From the NCBI GenBank assembly GCA_044376115.1, contig JBILLK010000005.1, forward strand, positions 96,001-160,000: 64,000 bases of DNA, in the 5' to 3' direction. Positions 56,588 through 64,000 of the stretch are shown here, piece after piece. Numbering within the stretch: position 1 is the stretch's first letter; every line of letters starts with the position of its first letter. Origin of the DNA: Polyangiaceae bacterium. Its GTDB lineage: Bacteria; Myxococcota_A; Polyangia; Polyangiales; Polyangiaceae. A program made the position numbers and the translations under genes. The notes below the pieces were generated by a model. It had not been told where the DNA came from. It saw nothing but the letters and a program-made list of their open reading frames with translations, and did not search any database.

Positions 56588-57681
56588 CGAAGTTGTGCGG
56601 CAACGAGCCTGTGAAAGTGGTGAACGGCTTGCTCCATGGTGGGCGAGAAGCGTCCACCTTTGTAGAAACGCGATGCGATCCCTCGTTGTACCCGTTCGAC
56701 AATGGCCTCGTCCTCGAGCTCAACGCGCTCTAGGTCAGCGCCTGCGCCAGAGCCCAGTCGGTCTTGATCGTAGACGAACGTGAGGTAGGTTACGCAGGTC
56801 TTTGCCGGCCCAAGCGGGCGGACAGCGTTCACCGAGACTCCCCATGGATAGACGTTGAGCATGGTAGCCGGAAAAAGAAACGCGTAGAACGCGGCTACGT
56901 TGCGATGAGCGTCGGGGTGACCTGCGGGGAGGGAAATGGCGTCTTGCGGTCGCTTGGCAATGCCTAGCTGCAAGCTTGCCCATTCATGCAGCTCTGTTGC
57001 GTAGGAAGTGAAATCGAGTGCCTCCATTAGCCCGTCGTGCACGAACGGGAGATGAAGTCCCTCAAGGTAGTTATCGCAGTAGAGAAGCCAGTTAGCGTTG
57101 ATGACGTAGTCCTTTGCCTCCGATAGCACCGCCGCAGACCAAGGGACGAAGTCGAGTCTCGCCTTTAGGGGGCCGAGCAATGCGTCGAACGTCATCTGTG
57201 GCGTAACCGAGGCGAACAATAGCGGCCCTAAGCTTGCTGATGGGACCTTCGGTAAGCTGTCACTCGATGTGGGAAAGTCTTGTGCTTGCTCGAAGGCTGG
57301 CATGCGTTTGAACGTGCCATCCAGTTCGAAGCTGCGGCCGTGGTAGCGGCACTTTATCGTTGGAGCCCTACAGGGCTCGTCTATGAGCAGGTTGCCTCGA
57401 TGGGTACACACGTTAGAGAGCACGTGAAGGTCGCGTTGGTGACAGGAGAGTAGTAGTGGTTCATTGAGACTGCCTGGCAGAAGCGTGACCGGCTCCAGCT
57501 GCTGGACTTTGTTGGTGGCGGGTTTAGGGCCGAGCACATGCCACGTGCGCGTGAATACCTGCTCAAGTATATGGGGGTAATGTACTGGGTTGCGGATGAG
57601 TTCTGCCGGTAACGTGCTTGCTCGCGTAATGTCACTGTCGATGTCGAGTTGAACTGAGTCCCGCGAGTCGGTCTTTTTCAT
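56584..57681 (-). CDS. Rieske non-heme iron oxygenase alpha subunit (choline monooxygenase-like)
   Basis: CTHRG...CRYHG Rieske ligands; DNYLEGLHLPFVH; ED; Q.GI.S. Confidence 0.9.
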   Translation of the reverse strand: MKKTDSRDSVQLDIDSDITRASTLPAELIRNPVHYPHILEQVFTRTWHVLGPKPATNKVQQLEPVTLLPGSLNEPLLLSCHQRDLHVLSNVCTHRGNLLIDEPCRAPTIKCRYHGRSFELDGTFKRMPAFEQAQDFPTSSDSLPKVPSASLGPLLFASVTPQMTFDALLGPLKARLDFVPWSAAVLSEAKDYVINANWLLYCDNYLEGLHLPFVHDGLMEALDFTSYATELHEWASLQLGIAKRPQDAISLPAGHPDAHRNVAAFYAFLFPATMLNVYPWGVSVNAVRPLGPAKTCVTYLTFVYDQDRLGSGAGADLERVELEDEAIVERVQRGIASRFYKGGRFSPTMEQAVHHFHRLVAAQLR

Positions 57682-57724
57682 GGGGTTCTCCGCGAAGGGT
57701 GCGAGCGTTCGGCAGTGCCAGCGT

Positions 57725-59038
57725 CTACTCGTGTGAATGTCTCAATAGCTCATTGAGGCGCGCTGGCTTGATATAGGGGTCTAGCGCGGTACGCCAGCTG
57801 GACGTGGGAAGCTTGGATGGTCTTCCTAGTAGCGTCTGCGTCAAGTGGTACGCGATTTCCGTGATTCGCAAGGCCGTTCCTTGGAGTTCGACGAGCCTCG
57901 GGTCTATCTCGGTGGCGCGATTCAGTTCAGCGGCGGTATTCGCGAGTACTCCAAGTGCATCGAGTGCAGCCGTTCGCCTACGGCTGAGCGGGAGATGTAC
58001 CAAGCGCTCGAGAAGCCCGGTGCGAAAGCGTTGGGGAAAGCATAACTCATGAGGTCCGACCGATTCTGCGATCTTGAGAACTACTTGCCAGTTGCTGCCG
58101 CATACTGCTTTGACCCCACGCTCTAACGCTGTGTCTGGCTGATGACCCTCCATCGTATGCCTTAGGTCGGAAAGCATATGGAGCGCTACTAATGTTGGTA
58201 CGAATTCACGGGCCCCGTTCAGTAATACGCCCCTTCCTTCGCTTAGGAGTTGCGGGCTCACGGTGTGAACTGGGCCGAAGCACAGCTTCTCCTGCGGCGT
58301 CAGTCCTAGGGGCTCTCCGGTTGCTAGAGGTAGCCAGTCGTTCGCGATCGCATTGCTCCATATCCAAATAGAAAGTCCCGTGCAGCGCTCTAGTCGTCCT
58401 CGTTCCACCTCTGAAATATACGAACTAAAGATACCAGGTCCTGTCCAGGCGGTTAGCCAGGCGCCCTGGCTGCGGAGTCCGCTTAGGTACCGGCGGGCCC
58501 CATCGCTCAATGAACTCGCGCGGCCGAAATAGACAGCAGGTACAACGACCAGCGAGTTCTTCCGGCCCAGCAGCTCCTCGGCTTCTCGCACCAACGCTCC
58601 ATGGTCCTGTCCGGTCACTTCGTTTGCTAGTTGCGGTGCAATCGTCGGCCAGGTGTCATCAAAAAGAATGGCGAAGTCACGGACTCCAACGTTCGAGAGC
58701 TCCTTCACTCTGGCGGCGAGGAGGCGGCGAAATTCAAGGTGCTCTCGGCGCAAGAACGGCAGACTCGCCCGATCGAATAAGCGGAAGGGAGACAAGCCGT
58801 GGATGAAGCGAACCCCACAGGCTGATGCGTGCGCTGCAAGTTCTTCGAGCATGCCGAGCCGATGCGGTGGCACTGGCCTACGCAGGCTGGTCACGTCCTC
58901 GCGTTCTTGTTTCGGGGCGTGCAGGTAGGTCTGAAGGCCGGCTGCTCCGAGGTGTTGCAACACGGCAAGTCGGTTCGGCTGAGTCCATGGTCGGCCGTAA
59001 AAGCCCTCAATCACCCCAAGTCCGATTGAGTCGGTCAC
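57725..59038 (-). CDS. GH84 beta-N-acetylglucosaminidase (O-GlcNAcase-like)
   Basis: GVIEGFYGRPW, YLHAPK, LSP, ILFDD catalytic pair, WTG, W.N..AND. Start at GTG 59038 overlaps the upstream stop. Confidence 0.85.
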   Translation of the reverse strand: MTDSIGLGVIEGFYGRPWTQPNRLAVLQHLGAAGLQTYLHAPKQEREDVTSLRRPVPPHRLGMLEELAAHASACGVRFIHGLSPFRLFDRASLPFLRREHLEFRRLLAARVKELSNVGVRDFAILFDDTWPTIAPQLANEVTGQDHGALVREAEELLGRKNSLVVVPAVYFGRASSLSDGARRYLSGLRSQGAWLTAWTGPGIFSSYISEVERGRLERCTGLSIWIWSNAIANDWLPLATGEPLGLTPQEKLCFGPVHTVSPQLLSEGRGVLLNGAREFVPTLVALHMLSDLRHTMEGHQPDTALERGVKAVCGSNWQVVLKIAESVGPHELCFPQRFRTGLLERLVHLPLSRRRTAALDALGVLANTAAELNRATEIDPRLVELQGTALRITEIAYHLTQTLLGRPSKLPTSSWRTALDPYIKPARLNELLRHSHE

Positions 59039-59367
59039 CCCGCGAGGATACGGCTGAGTCCGCTTGCGACAGCCTTCACGCTTCCCACTCGACCATCTAA
59101 CGACGCGAGCGTTAGTTGGCGACCCCAGAGTGGAACCCTGTGGAGGTAGATGTCGCGTGAAGGCCCTGTCCCGCCATGCGCAAGGTCGCCGATCCACATT
59201 CGCAGCGTTGCTTCATCAGCTGGGGCGAGCGCACTTGATGCAAGCATGGCTCTACCGTCGAACAGAACGACCGCGCGTGCACCGCAGCGCTCTCGATGTG
59301 CAGCCAGCAAGTGCTCTGCAGCTCGCAAGGGGGCATGAGCGCGCCGTGTTCGTCGATCGACAAGCAT
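59035..59367 (-). CDS. Small hypothetical protein, roadblock/LC7-like pattern
   Basis: 'DRRTRR...AAEHLL...GARAVVLFDGRAMLASS...GLSRILA'; GTGA overlap with the GH84 gene. Confidence 0.55.
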   Translation of the reverse strand: MLVDRRTRRAHAPLRAAEHLLAAHRERCGARAVVLFDGRAMLASSALAPADEATLRMWIGDLAHGGTGPSRDIYLHRVPLWGRQLTLASLDGRVGSVKAVASGLSRILAG

Positions 59368-59410
59368 GCGAAACCCTCGCATGTGACGACGGTGTAGCGC
59401 CAGTTTGTGG

Positions 59411-59824
59411 CTACTCCCCAGACCGGAAGTAGCGCAGCAGGTCGGCAATCTGATTGTCGCTTAGCTTGTCGCCATACGCGGGCATTGGACTTTCCCCATT
59501 CTTGATGGTGTTGAAGCCCTCCTCCAGCTTGGCGGAACTCCAATCGCTAGTGAACAGATTGGGAAACTTCGCGGGGGGCTTCGATTGCGTGCCGTGGCAG
59601 CCTCCACAATGCTCTTCTTCATAGAGCTTCTTGCCACGGGTAGCGTCTGCTGCTTCCACGAGGTTTGCCACGTTGCTGGCAACCATCGGCTGCCCAGGAT
59701 CCGCGGTTTGACTCGGGGTGGCAGAAGGCGAACTTCCGTCGACACTGTCCGGTGGCTTAGTGGGACTACAGGATGCGGAGAAAATCAAAGCCGAGAGAAC
59801 CAGAGTAGAGAGGGACCGCGCCAT
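59411..59824 (-). CDS. Monoheme cytochrome c lipoprotein
   Basis: SASC lipobox, CGGCH heme motif, MPAY axial Met. Confidence 0.9.
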   Translation of the reverse strand: MARSLSTLVLSALIFSASCSPTKPPDSVDGSSPSATPSQTADPGQPMVASNVANLVEAADATRGKKLYEEEHCGGCHGTQSKPPAKFPNLFTSDWSSAKLEEGFNTIKNGESPMPAYGDKLSDNQIADLLRYFRSGE

Positions 59825-59870
59825 AGCCCAGAGAGGCTACCACGACGTGTATGCTTGAGACTGGGCGATG

Positions 59871-60788
59871 CTACGGAAGCGGGATGCTTAGCGCGAAGCT
59901 GGCGGGGCCAAGTGTGAGCTTTGCGGACGACTTCTCACCACCGCCAACAACTACGGCGGCCACCCCAAGACCCGACGAGACCGCCCCGGCGATGAGCGAA
60001 CTGACCGCCACAACCCGATACACCTGAAGTTGTTCATCGTCAGCCGTCGAGCTTGAGCAATTGGAGGCTCCGCAGCCAGTTTCGATGTCAGCTGCGAGTG
60101 CGAATGACGCCACCCCCGTTCCGATGGCTACTCCGAGCGCGGCGCCACTGAGGCCGATAAGCCCGTAGCCAAGAGCCGTCCAAACGGTGCGTGCCGTGGG
60201 ATCCCCGTGGGGGTGGCTGAACTCGAGCACTACTTCCGTGCGACTCCCTGGAATCACATCGACTACAGCCTCCGCGACTGCGCCTTCTGGATCCCGTCCC
60301 TTGATCGAATGCGTACCGGGGTCGACCGGAATTAGATCCCCGGTAACCCCGATGGGCCGGCCGTCAAGAAAGACCTGCCGCGCCCCTTCACCACCACGCA
60401 AGGCGATCCGTACCATCGGGACCAGGGGACTGAGTCGGAGCAGCTCCCGCTGGGCTGTTCGTTGCGCGTTGCTGTGTTGCCACGGGGCATTGGGTTCGAG
60501 CTGGGTTGTGGAGGCGATTTCGAAGGCCCGCTTGGCCTCAACCAGCCGTCCCAGTTTCTCCAGCGTCAATCCACGGTGCAGCGTCAGGGTGGGAACGGGG
60601 ACTCGGCCCTCGGCTTCCTCGAATCGCTTGAGTGCCGCGTCGAAATCACCGCTTTCAAATAGAGCGAGGCCCTCGTCTGCAAGCCGAGCAACACGCTCTC
60701 GCTCGAGCCGCGGCACCTCCTCAAGCTCGGGAGACGCAAAGGCCCTGACAGGGAGAGCGACAAGAAGGATGCAAAACCAGCGAACCAT
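59871..60788 (-). CDS. Exported TPR/PEGA-like domain protein
   Basis: Signal peptide, TPR-like 'G..LFESGDFDAAL..F..A', VFLDG...VDPGTH, C-terminal hydrophobic segments. Confidence 0.75.
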   Translation of the reverse strand: MVRWFCILLVALPVRAFASPELEEVPRLERERVARLADEGLALFESGDFDAALKRFEEAEGRVPVPTLTLHRGLTLEKLGRLVEAKRAFEIASTTQLEPNAPWQHSNAQRTAQRELLRLSPLVPMVRIALRGGEGARQVFLDGRPIGVTGDLIPVDPGTHSIKGRDPEGAVAEAVVDVIPGSRTEVVLEFSHPHGDPTARTVWTALGYGLIGLSGAALGVAIGTGVASFALAADIETGCGASNCSSSTADDEQLQVYRVVAVSSLIAGAVSSGLGVAAVVVGGGEKSSAKLTLGPASFALSIPLP

Positions 60789-60903
60789 CGACGAAGCAGG
60801 AGGTTACTACGCGCCGTGCCACGAAGCAGGCCCGTTGGTGCGGCGAGACTTGAGCGTGATTGGAATCACCTCTAGGGTGCTCCCTCGTGAAGGTGGGGGG
60901 AAC

Positions 60904-61590
60904 ATGATTTCGGACGCGAGGAAGCCTGGCCAAGGTTTTGAGGATGGCCCCAGAACGGGGGAGAGTGGCTTCATTCGTCGGCCGTCTCGTCTAGATGACC
61001 TGGCGGTCGATGCAGGCTTGCGCGTGCCGTTCCGAAGCATTGTCGGCACGACGGGAATGCCTCACGGAGAACTCGCAGAGAGGGCAGAACCAACGCCAGA
61101 GTTCGCTGAACGTGCGCTGAGGGAGTTTGCCGCCGCAACGGGTGTCCCCACGACAGTCCGCCTGCTGATCCCCTGCCCGCCATCCGCCCTTGAGCCAAGC
61201 CGGCTGATGAACATTGCCAAACAAAGACGGCTAAAAACACGCCGCATCATCCTGGAGCTGAGCGACACTAGCGATTCAGACCTGGCAATTGCGACGGCCA
61301 AGGCGCTCGTACCCTACGGCTTCCTATTCGCGGTTCGGCTCACTAGGCCCAGCCTTGCGAACCCGGAGCTACTTTGTGAACTCGGCGCGGATTACCTGCA
61401 CTTCCCCGACCCTCCGCAGGATTTCGAGGCCGCGGAGCAGCTTCGTTCGTTGGTCGAGCGAGTCACCTTGCGCAAGGGACGCGCGATTGTTGGCAATGTT
61501 CGAACTGAGGCGGGGGCGCGCCTGGTGGAAGCGGCGGGCGTGTGGCTGACGTACGGGGACTACCTCGCGCGCGCTCGTTTTCTCTGTTAG
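60904..61590 (+). CDS. Degenerate EAL-domain-like protein
   Basis: IILELSD, GFLFAV, ADYLHF, IVGNVRT and GVWLTYGDYLAR follow the order of EAL C-terminal motifs but lack the catalytic residues. Confidence 0.65.
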   Translation: MISDARKPGQGFEDGPRTGESGFIRRPSRLDDLAVDAGLRVPFRSIVGTTGMPHGELAERAEPTPEFAERALREFAAATGVPTTVRLLIPCPPSALEPSRLMNIAKQRRLKTRRIILELSDTSDSDLAIATAKALVPYGFLFAVRLTRPSLANPELLCELGADYLHFPDPPQDFEAAEQLRSLVERVTLRKGRAIVGNVRTEAGARLVEAAGVWLTYGDYLARARFLC

Positions 61591-61754
61591 TCGAGCTGAA
61601 TGAAACTATTGGGGTGGCGTGCTCGATAACGGCCAAAAGCTACTGAGCAACGTACAGTAAGGTTGGCAAGTTCCAGGAGTGCGCCACTCGACCAAGAGTC
61701 AAGGCCCCTGGTGAGAAAACGCCCACATTGCTGAGCGTTTCTAGTTAGTCCACC

Positions 61755-63467
61755 ATGCGGCTCATGCTGATACGTGGTGGAGCGATTGCACTTCTCGCCT
61801 CGTTGATCGCCGTGGGCGCTTGCAAGGGCTCGATTGGGGATCCGACCGGCGGCGGAGCTGGTTCCAACGACGACGGGGATGGATGTGTTGGCTGCACACC
61901 CGAGGGTTTGGAGATCGCAAATTCCTCTCGGTTCCCGAGGCTCTCGCACTCCCAATGGGAGAACACCGTCCAAGACTTGTTTAAGTTGCCGGTGCCTACT
62001 GGGCAGTCTGCGGGCTTTGCAGCCGACCCACTGAGCGGGAAGTTGTTCGACAACAATGTCGTGACGCTTGAGGTGAACAGCGCGCTGTGGGCGGACTACC
62101 AACGAGCTGCGGAGGACGTCGCGACGCAGGTGACAGCGGACGCGGAACTTCTCTCACATATTGCGCCGACCACTCTGCCTACTGCACCTATCGAGCGGCG
62201 CGACGCCTTCCTCGATAGCTTCGTCAAACGGGCGTATCGCAGACCCGCCTCCGATGCTGAACTTGCCCGAATCGCGACGGTGTTCGACCAAGGTTTAACC
62301 CATTATCCAGAGATGGACCCGTTCGCTGCGGGAGTCCGTATGACCATCGAAGCGGTCCTGCAGTCGCCCCACTTTCTCTATCGCACGGAGCTAGCGACGT
62401 CCGAGCAGGACCTTGTCGCGTTAACCGACTATGAGCTTGCGTCGAGACTCTCGTACGCGCTTTGGAACTCGATGCCAGATGATGAGCTCTTTGCTGCAGC
62501 CGATCGAGGGGACCTCGCTTCGGCCGATACGCTCGGAATCGAGGTCGACAGGTTGCTCGCAGACGAGAGAACGAGCCAGACCTTCCGCCGGTTTTTCGAT
62601 CAACTCGGACACGGTGAGGAGTACGAGCAGCTAGATAAGAGCGATACGCTCTACCCCACATTCAACAGTGAAACGGCGCTGGGGTTACGCGAGGAACTCG
62701 GGAGGTTCGTTTCCCACGTCGTTGACGGGGGCGGTGGCCTCTCGGAATTGCTGCTCGACCGCACGACGTTCGTGACCGCAAGCACCGCCGAAATCTACGG
62801 CATTGACCCGAGCACACTAAGCTTTGATGCCAGTGGCTTCGCGCAGGTCGAGCTCGACTCGTCACAGCGAGCCGGCCTGCTGACTCGGGCTGGCTTCCTC
62901 GCGTGGCGCGGTACCTCGGCGCAGCCGGACACCATCCTTCGAGGGGTCTACGTTGCAAAGAGTGTCATTTGTACCCCGCTCGGAGAGCCGCCGGATGAGG
63001 CGGCTGGCGCGATGTTCGGTGATGAGATGACCAACCGGCAGCGTGTGGAGGCTCTCACCGGCCCGGGCACTTGCGGCGCATCCTGTCACGGTCAGGTGAT
63101 TAACCCGCTCGGGTTCGCGTTTGAGCATTACGGGGCAGCAGGTGAATGGCGGGACATGGATAGTGGTCTACCCATCGACGCGAGCGCCACGTTCAACCTC
63201 GATGGGGTCGATGCCTCGTACGCAAACGCGGTTGAGCTATCAGCTCTTATCGCCAAGAGCCGTTCTGCGCACCAATGCTTCGCTAGCTCATGGATTGAGT
63301 TCGCCTTGGGCCGCGACCTCGTTCCCGAGGACCTAGGCTTTTCCGAGTTGGTCGCGGACGAGTCCGTTGCGGGTGCCCCAATCCGCGATGTGCTTCGAGC
63401 GTTGCTGTTGAGCGACGTGTTCCGATATCGAAGAACCGATCCTGAGGTAGGGCAGGTGGGACCATGA
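61755..63467 (+). CDS. DUF1592/DUF1588-family (PSD/PSCyt) lipoprotein
   Basis: RLSHSQWENTVQDL, RAYRRP, LQSPHFLYR, ELASRLSYALWNSMPD, CGASCH, NPLGFAFEHY. Confidence 0.88.
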   Translation: MRLMLIRGGAIALLASLIAVGACKGSIGDPTGGGAGSNDDGDGCVGCTPEGLEIANSSRFPRLSHSQWENTVQDLFKLPVPTGQSAGFAADPLSGKLFDNNVVTLEVNSALWADYQRAAEDVATQVTADAELLSHIAPTTLPTAPIERRDAFLDSFVKRAYRRPASDAELARIATVFDQGLTHYPEMDPFAAGVRMTIEAVLQSPHFLYRTELATSEQDLVALTDYELASRLSYALWNSMPDDELFAAADRGDLASADTLGIEVDRLLADERTSQTFRRFFDQLGHGEEYEQLDKSDTLYPTFNSETALGLREELGRFVSHVVDGGGGLSELLLDRTTFVTASTAEIYGIDPSTLSFDASGFAQVELDSSQRAGLLTRAGFLAWRGTSAQPDTILRGVYVAKSVICTPLGEPPDEAAGAMFGDEMTNRQRVEALTGPGTCGASCHGQVINPLGFAFEHYGAAGEWRDMDSGLPIDASATFNLDGVDASYANAVELSALIAKSRSAHQCFASSWIEFALGRDLVPEDLGFSELVADESVAGAPIRDVLRALLLSDVFRYRRTDPEVGQVGP

Positions 63468-64000
63468 AACGAAGAAATATCCTTCGAGGTGCTTTCGGCG
63501 CGATAGTGGCTCTTCCGTTCCTGGAGGGTCTTGCGCCTAAGCGGCGCGTAGCCGCCGCTACTGCGCCGTTTGCAGTGTTTGTTCGTCAAGGAAACGGTGT
63601 TCAGCAAGCTGTCGACGGCGAGCCCGAACGCTATTGGCCTTCTGCGGGCCCTGGCGCCTTGTCGGCAGCGACGCTCTCGGCAGACTCCGGTCGTGCGTTG
63701 TCTGAGCTAGGCGCCTTTGCCGACAAGTTAGCGATTGTGCGTGGCCTTCGTTTTGCGTTTCCAGGAAACGGCTGTGGTCATTCGGGTGGCGGGAATCAGG
63801 TTCTCACGGCGGCCCGCGTGTCAGTCGATCCGGCTGGAAATGAATCCTTATCGATGGGGGAGTCGATCGATAATCGTATCTCGCGGGAAGTAGGAGCTGA
63901 CGGCGAGGAACCGCTGACGCTCTACGCAGGAAGGAAGTTTGGCTATCTGGACGAGGTGCTCTCGTATCGCGGTGCGCTGGATATTCGCGGTGCCGAGCGG
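63464..64000 (+). CDS. DUF1552-family protein (3' truncated)
   Basis: ATGA overlap with the upstream gene. MKRRNILRG...ALPFLEGL twin-arginine-like N-terminus, NGV, CGH, SID. Frame is open to the window end. Confidence 0.8.
   Translation, partial: MKRRNILRGAFGAIVALPFLEGLAPKRRVAAATAPFAVFVRQGNGVQQAVDGEPERYWPSAGPGALSAATLSADSGRALSELGAFADKLAIVRGLRFAFPGNGCGHSGGGNQVLTAARVSVDPAGNESLSMGESIDNRISREVGADGEEPLTLYAGRKFGYLDEVLSYRGALDIRGAER

Noticed and set aside
59039..59197. N-terminal extension of the GH84 ORF
   Set aside because: Overlaps the upstream small gene and is not signal-like; GTGA coupling supports the 59038 start.
60187..60903. First half of the 467 aa plus-strand ORF
   Set aside because: Antisense to the TPR/PEGA gene; the EAL-like part plausibly starts at ATG 60904.
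1..64000. tRNA, rRNA, IS elements, prophage, integrase
   Set aside because: None recognised; gene packing leaves little room and no transposase or phage motifs were seen.

Overview
GC-rich bacterial chromosome segment that looks myxobacterial (Polyangiaceae/Sorangium-like), judged from a MYXO-CTERM-like tail, Cys-rich repeats, kinase-STAND-TPR proteins and a DUF1592/DUF1552-type pair. It holds about 51 densely packed CDS. I saw no rRNA, tRNA, CRISPR array or transposase. Housekeeping genes (polA, NAD kinase, argC-argB, kynA, dciA-like, yhaO/yhaN-like Mre11-Rad50 pair) are mixed with many signalling and envelope genes. Main points of interest: (1) a candidate O2-sensing module (CBS protein; globin-coupled His kinase, sigma-54 activator, USP) with two sigma-54 -24/-12 matches and a candidate enhancer; (2) a tandem HTTM pair downstream of tryptophan dioxygenase, one with an intact DxxCxxC motif and one without; (3) two hydrolase + kinase/pseudo-cyclase/STAND/TPR cassettes bracketing argCB; (4) a signal-peptide-less GH84 O-GlcNAcase-like gene coupled to a small roadblock-like ORF; (5) an M15 peptidase/RlpA-like fusion lipoprotein; (6) recurring TAnnnT-N6-7-start, apparently leaderless, gene starts; (7) several probable pseudoenzymes. 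All family calls come from reading motifs by eye, not from database searches.
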